NCBI GenBank assembly: GCA_013265495.1
Contig: MU058781.1
Location: forward strand, 7,607,009-7,671,008
Length of the DNA stretch: 64,000 nt
Direction of reading: 5' to 3'
Source: Vicugna vicugna
Lineage: Eukaryota
Shown here: positions 13,660 through 26,800 of the stretch, piece by piece
Layout: every line of letters begins with the position of its first letter
Numbering within the stretch: position 1 is the first letter of the stretch
Program-made: the position numbers and the translations under genes
Notes under the pieces: generated by a model
What the model saw: only the letters and a program-made list of their open reading frames with translations
What the model was told of the DNA's origin: nothing
The model's database searches: none

Positions 13660-14043
13660 ACCTTAATCAGCACAGGCCAGCTTTATTCCAACATAAAAAT
13701 TAACTCCCAAATCCAAATGTCTTAACACACCAAAGGGTTATTTTTCAACCACAGCATATCCACTATGGCACCACATTTCTCTGTTCAGCATATTCAAGGA
13801 CCCAGGTTGACATGGAGTCTGTAATCTTACAGCTGCACCCTGTGCAAGAGGCAGCTTTTGTCACAGTAGCAAGGGAAGAGGCTATGAAGAATGGTACTTG
13901 AGTTTCTTTTATCTCATCTCAGAGGTGATGACTCATTTCTGCCCACATTAGCCAGATCACTCATATTGCAGTGCCTAACTGCAAAGGGCAAAGGAGCGTA
14001 AGGGAGCAGAGATACACGATGATCATTATTGTTTTTGCCACAT
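13660..14043 (-). mobile_element. MaLR LTR (MLT1J/L-like)
   Basis: TTCAAGGACCCAGGTTGA, CATTTCTGCCCACATTAGCCAGA, CCTAACTGCAAAGG, ends TTTGCCACA. Confidence 0.55.
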
Positions 14044-15049
14044 CTACCAAATAGAAGACACCTTAAAGATTATCGGGGCCAGGGGTTTTCCACCTGTGCA
14101 TTTCAGGAACGCTACTGTTCCCAGCATCTATTAGGACCTCCTGAAGGTGAAACATTATTACCCCCACCCTCCCATGTTAGCCAGAAAAGCTTTTCTTCAA
14201 TATTTTCTCCATTTCAATGTTCCTTATAAGATTTTATTTGAAGAAAGGATTCTGTAGCTTAAAAAAAATTGGAATACTGCAAATGTGATCCAAAATTTTC
14301 ATTTTAAAAGTAAGAAAAATCAAGACCCAAGGATAGAGAGCATCAAAGGAGATGCAGCTGGTTAGTGGAAGCCCTCGTACCAGAACCTTCCTAAAACGCC
14401 GTACACATTGACGTTACGCCCTAAGAAACTCCTCACTGTTGGGAAAACCTTTTCTCTAAGATGTTTGTCATGAGTATCTGGAAAAACTTAAGCCAGCAGT
14501 AATTGGAGATTAGAAAAATGAAAGGATAAATGAAAGAAGAAAAAAAATCAGGAGAGGCAGATAGAAAAAAAAAGTTGGCAAAGTGAACAAGTCAAATGAA
14601 AGCGCTAGAGAGAGGCACAGGAGGTGTGAAAAGGCTGTGAGCCCAGATGAGAGAGTCACTCAGTCTAGACTCCAGATGTGAGTCTATGGCTTCAGTGAGT
14701 TCAGGGCTGGCCTCTGCGAATACTTTCACCAGATGTCATGGCTGAGCTACAGACCCTTGGTTAGGTGACAGAATTGGCTGTTGTTCTGTTCAGTGTTTTG
14801 CTTCTTAGTGTGTGACTGGTCACTCTGCTGACTGCTCTAGGTTACACCACCAGATAATGGGAGACATTCTTTTAATACTAAAGCTGCCTTTTGGCAAACC
14901 TCAAAGAAGTGAACTACAGTGCTGAAGTCCTGTTGAGTGTCCAAAGGCAGGTTGGTAGACCTCAGGCTAGTAGGTGTAGCTGCCTTCTCAAATGGAGATC
15001 AGTCTGACCCCAACAAAGGCAAAACAGTAGAGAGAAGAAACAGAGTTGA

Positions 15050-15064
15050 AGGAGAAGGAGAAGA

Positions 15065-15097
<33 letters not shown>
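15050..15097. repeat. (GGA/GAA)n purine-rich simple repeat
   Basis: Direct inspection. Confidence 0.8.
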
Positions 15098-17549
15098 CTA
15101 CTGCTTGCTAGCAGCAGGATATTGGGTAAATTGCCTTATCTTTCTGGGACTTCGTTTCCTCTGGGTGATTTCATTAAATGGTCTCCAAGTTCCATTTGAG
15201 CCTTGGCACCTCATAATCCTATGAAATGGCACTACAAAGGAAGGATAAACAAGAAAGCCATGTCCTTCCCAAGATTATATGGTAAAACATCAAAATATAA
15301 AAGTTCTGCTTTGTGAAATAAACAAGGTAAATACTTGTATTTGTTCTCTGCAGTTGAGCAACTTGTAGAATCTGGCAATGAGTTTAACACATGAGAACTA
15401 AGATTGAACAGCTCTAAGGATAAGGAATTGTTCTAGAGAAAGGAAAATGTGAAAGGGCCAGCCCAAGGCAATAATTCAAAAGTCAACAAAGTTTGTGTTT
15501 CTTAGTCTCAGTACTTAGTATCTGCTGCATGGTATAGCCTAGGGATTTGTTGGCAAGGAAAATAGCTCAGTCTTCACCCCCACATAAAATATAATGGTGG
15601 ATTCAGGCAGTTAAACATAGTTTAACGCAATAAGGATAATCAGAGGGGAAGATATATACGCGATGAGAATGGGAGGTGCTGTAGAGGTGATAAGGAGGTA
15701 CTCAATAAATTATTGCAAATTATAACATTCCAGTGCAGGAGTTGGAAAGGGCAGCACAGGAGTCAAACTGTTGCCCAAGTTTCTGGCTTTGGAAATCCAA
15801 TTCTGGACATACTGTTGGAAGCATATGTATAACCAGTACGTGGATTTATAGACATATATCTGGAGTAAAGGAGAGAGATCTGGGCTGAAGATATATTTTC
15901 AAATCAACACAAATATGATAAACAAATAATGCCCCCCACCCCACTTCTCTTTTCATTGTCCCATGTTGTCCTTCTGAAAAACTCCTTTTCTTCAATCCAT
16001 GTTTCTATCACCCATAGATGACAACTCCTAAAGTAGCTGATACGGATTGTGTTATAATAGTAGGGGGTTGGAAATGTTAAGAAAAACCTGAAATTCTTTC
16101 AGGACCCTAAGAAACAGCACCAGTGAATAAGCTTGTGAAATCTGAAAAACAGCCAAGGTTGAACCAAGTTGGCCATGCTATGCAGATACCGCAGGCTCCT
16201 AAGAAGATTTTTTTTCTATACATATATTATTTTCTGAAAAGAAAATGCTAGTGGATTAATAGGAGGCTTCAGACATATTTGCTGAAGTGAATATTTAAGA
16301 TTTTTTTTGACATTTCTTTCTACTCCATAAATCAAATTAGCTACAAAACATCAGTGTAACAGATCTGCCTATTCGTCTTTCTGTTTTTCATTTCAAATTA
16401 ATATCAGATGAAACAATTAATGCCTTTCAGAGCATTTTCCATATCAAAAACATACACATAATCGCATGACAAAATTGTCATTTAAAGAGGGAAAAAAACA
16501 ACTTTAACATAAAACTTACTGAAAAATTCAAAGGCTGCCAACTGGGCAGGAAATTAAGGTGAAGTCTCTCTGCCCATCAGTAGGAGGGAACAGCAAGAGG
16601 CTTGGCTGCAGTTCTCTACTGCAGTGTTTTCAGTGTGAAGTCCTTGTTTAGTGAGACTATGAACTGTCCCAGTTACCACCTCCTTCCCTCCCACTGAGTG
16701 TAGAACTCCATCAGGCCTCTGTCTAGAACGAAATTCTTATCCCAGCAGGGCTTTTTCGGGGGGTTGCTTTCAATGACTTCAGAACTCCGGGGACGACAAT
16801 TTGTGATTTATAGTCCACCCACCTTCATTTAGACCCTCAGGTCTCTGTCCTCGGTGCTGGGCAAGCAGAGGCAGGAGGAAGCTCAGGCTTACAGCAAAAA
16901 AAATTTTTTTTTCTCAAATAAGGGTAAACGTGAGGGATGCAAGGCCCTCTGAACACTGTTTAGTTAATAAGCGATTATTCTTCATAGATCTGATATATAA
17001 CCAGCACTCTAAGTCAGTTCCCCCAGCTGCTCACAAAATAACTGAAGCTACAGCTGCTGTTTGTGCTTTAAAAAGCATAAGATTTTGTTGTTAGAAAAGT
17101 GTAACATGTATCCTGGTTCTATCTTTAATACCTGTTTGAAATTGGACAAGTCATTATCAGTATGTTGAAATTCAGTTCTCCCCTCTAAAACAATGAAGAG
17201 CCAGAATTTTTCCCCTGTATCATATTGTTCATAGTTTTATTTCAGAAATTCTCACCTTTAATTCTAACCACAATTTGCGTGTCACTTAGATTGTGGATTG
17301 CATCTTGGTCACTTCTGTATTCCTAGGATTTAGAACATTGTGTGTTGTAGATATCCCATGAGGTTTTGTGAAAGGAATTAAAAATATCCCTGTCTCACAA
17401 AGCTGTCAGACATATTAAAAGCAAGCATTACAGTTGCCTGAGCTGGAACGTGCACCTGTTTTCTCCTTCAAACACTCAAATACAGGATGTAACAAAATGA
17501 TGCTCTTAGTATAACAAAGCTCAGAACAGAGGGAAAGAAACTTCTCATG

Positions 17550-20345
17550 CTGTTAAAATAAATAAGAAAGTCAAAGCCAGAGTTTTGAACTTGGCTAATG
17601 CTAAGGAGGCCTATGGGAATTAGATGCGAATATACACCAAACAGCTAACTGAAAGGGTTATAATGCCCATGTTGGAGAAAGTAAATATGGCCTTGAATCC
17701 ATGGAAAGGTGAAGACCTGTAATTGAAACCTGTATGTAAAGAGGAGACCCTGGAAGAGTTGCTCCCTCTATGGAAGCTAGACTGGGAAAAAGTCTACCTT
17801 AAGACAGTGGTGGAAAAAAGGACCTGAATTTCTACTACCAATTCAGGAGTCACAAATGATAAATTAATGCATAAAAGTAGATCTTAAATTGAAAATATCC
17901 CAGATACCATAAGAGAAGAAAGTAAAACTTGTCTATGAAGACACAACCCAGGGTGAATGAGGCTACCACAGAAAAACAAGTTTCATGGAAGATGAATTAA
18001 AAAAAAAAAATCAGTCACCCAAGGAAATGGTTAGCCATAAACAAGAGTCAGCAGAAGCAAACAGGAAAATTAGAACTTGTGATAATAGAATATCTGAACG
18101 AGTGACACAACAAGCACATCAAACAAGATAACCAAAGAGACAAAAGAGAACATTAAAATGATAATAAAAATATGATTCCATGGGGAAAGTGGATTTGTGA
18201 AATATCCAAGTAGAAATATTAGCCATCGAAATAATCAACCTGCAGGTTAAACAGCAGGAAAAACACAGCTGTGGAGAGAATTAGAGAAATGGATGATAGA
18301 TATGAGGAAATTATACGATTAATAATAATGAATAGCAAAGAGAGATCAAAATACATAGATGACAAAATGAGAATGCTCTAAATACAAATGGAGGGTTTTC
18401 CAGAAAAGGAAGATGGAAAGAGTGTGGCTCTTTATTCAGAACAGTGTGGCTGAGATTTTTCTGGCATTGAAGAAAGTCATGAGTTCTCAGATTGAAGCAG
18501 CACACCAAGAAAGGTTAAAAAGCAATTCTGCATCTAAACATATGTGGTGACACTGAAGGAACTGAAATCTTGCAAAATCTTAAAAGCAATCCAGCAGATG
18601 AGGCAGATTACTTACAATAAATAAAAATTAGCAAAGAAGTCAAAAGACAAAGAAATGAGATTTTTCAAAGAACTAAGAGAAAATAACTGTGAATTTGGAA
18701 CTTCAACACCAGCCAAACTATTCCAAAAAGTAAAAGTGAGATAATAAGAATTTTAGAAAAAAAAAATATTGGGAGAATTTACCATTCACAAACCATTGCT
18801 GTGAAAAATACGGAAGAGTAAACATCAGTAGAGAGGAATTTAACCCAAAGGAAGAAACAAAAGTTCAAGAATCAAAAATGATCATGAAGCAAAAGTGAAC
18901 AAACTGATGGGTAAAACTAAGGATGCATCAGTTCTAAGCAGCCATAGTAATTAAATAATTTTGGTGGTGTTTGGGAACAAGGTGGAAATAATACACAAAT
19001 TAGTAATAACAAAATGGAAAGTTTTAAGTATTTTCATGTCCTTATTTTTGTAATAGTAGAGAAACTGCTTAGCTTTATACATTATTGAATTAAGAATGCC
19101 ATAAGAAACTAGAAATCAAATCTATAAATGTATAAATTATAACCCAGTATAAAAGAGTTGAAAGAAGGAAGGAAGGGAGCGAGTGAGGGAGAGAGAGGAA
19201 AGAATTAAATTTGGTCAATCCAATAGAAGGCAGGAAAGGAGAAGAGTAAAGCAAAGAAAACCATAAGTTGCAGGGAAAAAAAGGATTCCAAATATATAAG
19301 TAATCTCAATAAAAATGAACAGATTTAAATGACTTATTTTTTTCCTCAGTGACCAGAGTGTAGAGTAAAATCTAGCTATGTGCTGCTTATGAGATACCTA
19401 AAAATGTACACAAAAGATTTGAAAATTTAAGGCTGAAAAATAGATCTGAGAGAATACTGTCAAAAAAATAAAAACTTGTTCAGCTATGTTAATAGCAGAT
19501 AAATAGAATTGCCAGAAAAAGTTATTAAAGACAAAAAGACTCATTAAGGACAAAGAGGATTAGATTATTATAACAATAGAAGGAAATGTTTGCAAGATTT
19601 ACATAGCTATCTATGCTAAATTCTTCTGGCACTTAGCTTAATTTTAGTTACATAATTGTATATTATATAAACACATAGATTGACAGCATTACGGTAAGAA
19701 ACATAAAAATGCAAAGTTAAAACTGTTGACCAAACTCAGAAGAACCATACCACCAAGCAAATAAAGCTTTAAAATTCTTAGAAAAACATATAAAAGAAAA
19801 AAGTCAGAATATATAAAGTTTGAACAGCAAAATTAATAAACTAGATTTAATAGGCATATATTGGACTCTGTAATCAACACTTAGAAACTATACAATCTTA
19901 CCCACCACACAATGAACATTTTTCAAAGAGGGCGATGTTCTGTCAGAGTTCGGCAGCTGCTCTGGTTGGCTGAGTGGGCCCGTAGATGTGAGTTTTGGTG
20001 TATTTGTGGGAGAGGGTGAGCTACAAGCGTCCTTCTACTCTGCCACCTTGCTTCTCTCCCTGAACATTTTTAAAATGACTATTAAATCACAAAAGACTCA
20101 AGAAATAACAAAAGATTATATGAGAGACCATGTTTTCCAATTTTAAAGCAATTGATATTCTGATACTCAATTATGAAAGATAGCTATAAAGTTACAAATT
20201 TGAAAATTTAGAAATTAATTTGCAAATAATCCTTGGGTCAAAGGAGTGGCGACAGAACGTGCAGAGTATTTAGAACTAAACAATGAAATACCACATAACA
20301 AAACTTTGTAATGCTGCTTAAATATTATTGGCATGTAAATTTATG
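17550..20345 (+). mobile_element. Ancient L1 (L1M-type): degraded 5' region, ORF1 and ORF2 endonuclease
   Basis: A-rich; ORF1-like GATGATAGATATGAGGAAATTA and CAGATTACTTACAA; ORF2-like CTATGTGCTGCTTATGAGATAC, AATAATCCTTGGGTCAAAGG and ACCACATAACAAAACTTTG; no intact ORF. Confidence 0.7.
19924..20060 (-). mobile_element. Isolated 137-bp L1 5'-end (5' UTR start) insertion, tailless, with 11-bp TSD
   Basis: Reverse complement GGGAGAGAAGCAAGGTGGCAG..AGCTCACCCTCTCCCACAAATACACCAA.. aligns with the L1 start at 37611-37750; flanked by TGAACATTTTT at 19913-19923 and 20061-20071. Confidence 0.8.
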
Positions 20346-20369
20346 GCTGACCTGTGTAGATTTATGTAA

Positions 20370-20758
20370 ATGGGTTCCAGTGCCCTCTGGCTTCATGATG
20401 CAGTCGCAGCAGGGGATGACTGAGTTAGGAAATTGATGTTAGGAGATTATTCTCCTGGCATTCAGCCCGAGTGGTAGGCTGGCTGTGTCCCACAGCAGTT
20501 TACTGTTCCTCTCAGAGGAGGAGACTCTGCTTCACTCTCTCGTTCTGGGTCCCAGGAAGTGCTCCCTCCCCTCATCTCTGTGGGCCTGGAGGTGCATTAC
20601 CCAGCTGCTCTTCGCCCTGGGTTACCTTGCTGTCTCTTGCGGTTTCCCTATCCCTGTATCTTTGTAAACAGTCCTGTTGTAAATAAATCCTCCTCAAATT
20701 ATACTGTTTTGAGAGTGCCATCTGTTTCCTGTTGGGACCATGACTGTATCAGTGATAC
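20370..20758 (+). mobile_element. ERVL LTR (LTR33/LTR41-like)
   Basis: 3' end TTTGTAAACAGTCC..AATAAATCCTCCTCAAATTA..TTTGAGAGTGCCATCTGTTTCCTGTTGGGACC. Confidence 0.65.
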
Positions 20759-23339
20759 AGATTTAATTTAAAAGACCTGTGCACTCTTCGAGAAAGGGAG
20801 AGAGTAAAGGGCAGAAATAGTGTCGCTTTTCTGATATGACTATAATCTGGACATTGGTCCCACCTGGACCTGGCAGATGCACCATTGCTACCCTTTCTTT
20901 CTCAGGGCACATTTATAGGTTCTTCCAAAGCTTCCCATCCCTGGGTATCTCTTGCCAGTAGTTACCCTGGCCTGGTCATGGCATTGCTCCTGCTGGTCAC
21001 TGTGTGGTCAGCTTTGACTCCCCCCGCAGATGCTGGGCTTCTGACAGGTGGACAACGCCTCTGTTCTTCAGGTGAACAGGGAGAGAGGAAATGTAACTGG
21101 ATGGCTGAAGAGGCAGTATTTCAACTTAGTGTGTAAGATTTTATTTCTACATTAAAAAAAAAGATCATTATCAATGTCACAAAATATTAGCATTAATCTA
21201 ATATTAACCTGTGTTGAATTTGTGAGTATAGTGATGTCATATCATTTTCTGTTTGAAAAGATTTAATACTTAGGAAAACCATTTTTAAAGAATAGAGTGA
21301 CAAGGTATGTAAGAGTCTGTCGCACAGGATCTGGCACAGAGGGACGTACACGTTCTACGACATCCCACTTCCACCCCATCCCACAGCTCCACTGACCTCA
21401 GGTTGCAGTGCCTTCTGCCCGTGGCATCCCAGAGATCCCGTGCCAGTTTGCCAAATGAGGTCTCTTCATGTCTTGGGGGAAGGGGTCAGGGGAGGGAGGG
21501 AAGAGAGGACTGGGAGAAATGGTTACAGGATGTGTTCGAGAGTCTGAGCCACAGATTCAGGTACTCTCCCGTCCCACACGCAGGGGCTGCTTCCAGCTGT
21601 GGCTGCTTCTCTTTGGTATCTTTTTTCTTAATCGGGTCATCTCCACCACAGCAGCCATTGCTTCTCCTTGGAGAACTCGACTCCTCTTTGTTTCCTTATC
21701 TCTTCAAAACCATACCCCATTCTCTGTAATTTAGGAGGTCTGGGAGCAGCAGGAGGTGTAAGGTTTGACTTGAGGCCCCAACAACAGAACACAGTAAGTT
21801 TATTGCCCCTACCAGCATTTAAACAAGAGAACCTGGTAACACTTTTTAAAAATATAATTAGCTCCAAATTTCTCCTGCATTAAAGATACTGTCAGGAACT
21901 TGAATCACACCTTTAAACATGGAGCCCACACCTGGTCTGTACTATCAGCTGACTCCAAGACTTTCCCTTAAAATCATCCAGGATCTGTTTGCCTGTATGT
22001 GTTGGTATATAATTATATGGTATGTAGAAGAATAGAATGTTCAGGTCAGGTCTTTAGATTTAGAGACAAAGAAATTGAAGTCGCAGCATTTGTTAGCGGC
22101 AGGCCAGAGAGTTAGGTGTCTGACGGCAGGTGCAGTGCTTTTCCCAGTGTTGGATATGTGGATGCCTGTAAAAGCATATAAGGCTCTTCTCAGTTCATAA
22201 GTATAATATCCTCTTAAATTATTAAATCTGGGAAATGATAAACCACTGACGACCCAAGTTATGCAAACATTTTTATTTACTGGCTTATTAATTTAACAAA
22301 AATTTTTGAGGACCTATTATACACCAGGCATTGCTGTCAATATGGGTCATAAGGCTCTTGAAAGGAACCAAGGTACATTTGTCTGAGATACATAGACTTC
22401 AATAGCAGAAATGGTTATTTTAGGTACTGCCTATAAAATTAATTTAATACATTTATTTTTTATAAGCACATCATAATGTCTTCTCACCCTCTTGGACGAC
22501 AGTGTTGGTTTAACATCTTGGTGCTGTAATGATATCCAGGACGCTTTTCAGTTGATAATCCGGTGGTAAAATTTTGAAGAGTTGGCATTGGCTGCTTAAG
22601 TCCGTCCTCTAAAATGGTCAAATACTTTCCTGAATCCAGGTTTGGAATTCTTTGAAAACCAGCCCTGTGTGTCACCCTTTCTAGTCACCCTTTAGTTACC
22701 AAAAGCATCAAAAGAAAAATGGTGCCTGAGGGCACTGTACTAGCCATTGCAGGGAGAAGTAACGTTTTTAATTAGTCACCATTCCTTCTCCTATAGGGAG
22801 GAAAAAAAACCAACGTGCATACCTAGCGGAGGCTCCTGGACAAATCTGAGGCTAAGCATAAACAAATTTCTGTGTATAGACAAAAGCAGAAAGGAGAAGT
22901 AGGAAGATGCTGAAGAAAGAACACAAGGCTTTCTTTTACCTCTAGGAGAAGCATTCACCTACCACTTACCCTCAAAACTCTCCCATATCGAGTAGCTTCT
23001 ACTCGCTTAACAGTTACACTTTGCAAGGCACTTCCCGCCATACTGTTGCCATCTGGTCCTCTAGAAACCATGTAGAATTGGCCAAGAAATTAAGGCTGGC
23101 CAAAGACATAAATCTCAGTCATAAAGCCGAAAACCTAACCCAGAAGCTTTTAGAACAAGGCGGGTAGAAGGTTAGAAAGTTTGGAAGGGAAAGGAAAAAA
23201 AGCCAGACTTGTCCTACTCGTGGTACAGTGCTCTTTGTATGGGGTCATAGTACTCAGGTTTTGGTCGAGGCTGTGGCGTGAGGGAATAGATGCAGTTGAT
23301 TCTGAAAAGTAATTGTGAAGATTGAGTAAGAACTGGGAT

Positions 23340-23880
23340 ACGAATGATTACCTAAGGTAATCACGAGAAGGAATAAAATTTGGTCCTGATAATGACTCAA
23401 AAAATATTCCAGTGCGGTGTCTCCACTGGTGAGCCAGTCGGGAGCTGCTTTTTGAAATGGCTCTAATGAGATGCACTTTCCAGGCTTTGGAATTTCCCAG
23501 CAGCAGACTGGCGAGGGCAAAGAGTTAAAAACATTTTTTTCCCTTTACCAAGCATTCAGTCTCTGTATCTTAAAAAATTACTCCGACCCCTTCTTGCACA
23601 CCTTATTGCCCTCTTGTTCAGATTTCTGGCTATTAGATCCACAGACTTTGATGACTTTTCCAGAAAGTCTCTGAGACTGTTCCTGACTTTGAACCCTGAG
23701 AGTCAAGCCGTATTCCAGGACCTCCTGACTGTTGTCTGGTACTCGTTCCCCCAGCCCTCGCTGCCCGATCCCAGCTGTGGCGGCTAATAACCTGAGTCGC
23801 GGCCCAGCCCGCTGTTTCCTGCCTGGACTGCCCTCTTCCTTGGGAACTTCTGGTGACGACGCCCAGAGGAGAGAGGAAGG
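23340..23880. promoter_or_regulatory. Candidate enhancer: AP-1, kappaB site and CpG-enriched patch
   Basis: TGACTCA at 23393-23399; GGGAAATTCC on the minus strand at 23489-23498; locally CpG-rich 23740-23870; no repeat recognised. Confidence 0.35.
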
Positions 23881-26800
23881 GGGTTTAAATGGATCACTGT
23901 TCAAGCGGGATCTGGACTAGATACTTTTTGTATTTAACCTCATCAGCAGTTGCCCAGTCGCCTGTTAGTGTAGGATTTTGCAGATTAGGAAACTAAGGCT
24001 CAGATTGGTTGGTAACTGGTCCCGGGTCACTCAGCTGATAATCCCAGGGGGGCTGGCTTCACAAACATCACACCCTCTCAGTTTGTTAATAGAAACATAA
24101 TTTAATCATGAATGACTATTTCACACCCACAAGTAACTAGTGCTTTAAGTTTTGGCAAAAGTATCAGGGCAGGAAGGTAGGGTTCTCCCACATCTTCAAG
24201 TTAGAATGAATACATTCTACCGTGTGTAGGGACCGAGTTGTTCCCGGAGCCTCACCTTTCACTTTGGTGCCGATCGCAGCCCTCCTTTCCACAGAGTTCA
24301 CAGGTTCACTGCCCTCTGACCCACCTTCCTCTGTGTTCAGGTTAGTAAAATCAGGCCACTGAGGTTTTACTTCAGTTACAATAAATCTCTTCTTTCCCTT
24401 ATGTTTTTGTATTTCCCTAAATAGAATTTTACTAGGGTTTTGAGATAACCTAATGTAACCTGCACATTTGGGGATCTTCTCAAGGCTTTAAAATATTTTT
24501 AGATGTCAGGAATATTGGCTTACACCCCTGTCCCAGGTAAAATGGGAAGCCCAGCATCTCACCCACTGCTGCTAAGTACTTTAGGGGACAGTGTTTCTCC
24601 CAATTACCAGCTTTATGTCCTGCTTCTGTTCTGTCTCCACACTTGATGTCCTGAATATGCTCTTTCTTTCAACATTCTGTCTTAACACTAGAGAAAGCCA
24701 TGTGACTTTCAAGTCCCCAAATGCCACTGCTGTAAAGTGTACAGCAGACATCACTGAAGGCCTGGGGCTGCACAGTGCTGTTATATTGCAGAACAACCGA
24801 GAAAGCTACTGTGTTCTTCTTAATCCTTTGCCAGTCCCACCTTCTTGCCTCTCGGAAATGTTCCCATTGTCTCCATCTTCTTGGATTCAGTGTCCACCAT
24901 GATGCAGGGGCTCCCCCTTCTATGAGTGTCTGCTCTCTCCTCTCTTATTTTTCTGATGGTGATTTTCCCGTAACCAAAATGTTTCCATTTACATTAACAT
25001 AGAGAGCCCTGTGCTCTATCCTAAGGATCCCCGAAACACATTTCAAGTATCATGATACTGTTTGTCAGATGACATAACTAAGACATGACTATTTTAAATA
25101 AGTAGATGTCACATTAGTGTAAAATAAACTCTGTTACCAGAAAGAGTTAAGAAATTAAACATCATGAATAATCAAATGTCTGATAAAGAGAATTCCCAAA
25201 TGTAACATATGGATTAACATCTTTTTAAAATATTAGATTATGACTAAAATACTTGTTTCCACTAAATCTCACTGAATAGAATCTGTTTATTCTTGCAGAG
25301 CTAGGTAGGGGGTATTCTGGCATCATGTAGCACACTTGGTTTATACAGTTGGGCTTTGCATTTGAAGAGTACAAAAACGTGTGACCCAATAGATAGCTCT
25401 GGATGTTAAAGCTCTGTTAAGATAAAGCATACAAAGCATACATATTTTGTGGGTTAAAATATGTATGCAAACATCCACAAATGACAATCAGTCCATAAAT
25501 GAATAGTTGCAACTCTAGATAGCTGGATAGATAGATTGATAGAAAAAAAATGCACAGTGTTGCTTTCACATTGGTAACTACGTCCATGGAGCATTTGCCC
25601 CGGGCTTTAGTACAAGGACCGACCTTAGAATTGCCAGGGAAGAGGCGCATTGGCCGGGGAGGAGTGCATGGCTCTGCACAGCGAATTCTCAGGCTGAGAA
25701 GTGTGTGGCGAAGACTATCCCCACGCTGTACAAGGTCACCCACGGGCTTTAGCCGACTTGACTCTTTGAAGTTTCTTTTGAAAAACAAAGCCCTGATACC
25801 ACATTTAAAATTGAACAGGGCCAAGCTTTGCATGGATTTCTTTCCCCTCCCGAATGAGGCCCCTGCTGTTATTTCTCTTTCCACGTTTATTTTTATTGTG
25901 TTGTTTCAAATCATTTCAAAATGTTTTTAATGCAATATATCTTATTAAAAAATAGTTCTGAATTCATAAGGAATCGCTATGGCATGTCCTTGGCATCAAC
26001 TGTAAAATTCCAAAGTACCTAATTTATTTGATTGATTGATTTTTCAATGTTTTAAAGGGTACCAAGCCCAACAGCATATAATTCTTCTCTTACCAAACGG
26101 AATGTGCATGAACAAAAGATAATTCCATTTTCTTGTAGTCAGCCTGTTGTCTTTGTGAAGTTTTTTTTTTCTTTCCTACAGTTCTGCAGTGAATGAGCAA
26201 GCATGTTTTTCTTTTTATAGCAATAACAGCTCACCTTGTTATTCCTCAACAAGGTTCCCATTGCGGGCCCAGCTCTGAACTCTGCTGTTCAGCCAGGTTG
26301 CCGAACGGTACCCCTGATGTCAGTGAACACAGCGCAGACTAGAGAGGGACTGGGCCTTACACGTACCTTTCCTGTAGGGTGGGAGAGAAGAGCCTTCCTC
26401 TAAACTCTTCTGGTTGGAAAATGCATCTCCATTCTCTTAAATTTTGCAGACCTATTCACAATGCAGAGAGATTACGTTTCATTTTCCTGAGGAAGCAGGT
26501 GGATACAGCCTGTAACTTAGATAACAACTTGTGTAGCGTAGCCTTGAGGAAGCAAGTCTTCTCTTATCTCCTCTTCTCTCACTTCCATCTGTCTTCAACT
26601 TGGTTAATAGTAGGGGGCTGGCCAAAAGGACTGCATTCCATTATCTTGCTGACCACAGCAGTCGCTCCTTGTCATCCCAGTGGAGGAGTGTCGGGTGGTT
26701 ATGAAGGGGCTAGAAGGCCGACGGACAGGAGAGAGTGCTGTTTAAACCCCCTTCACTAACACTAACATCCCCACACTCAGGGTGCCCGTGCACAAAGCTG

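Noticed and set aside
22484..22675. Minus-strand exon-like open frame with a GTGAGA donor
   Set aside because: Weak acceptor, unrecognised peptide and no partner exon
25417..25930. 155-aa (minus) and 126-aa (plus) overlapping ORFs
   Set aside because: No recognisable domain, and the region includes a degenerate GATA repeat; treated as chance ORFs
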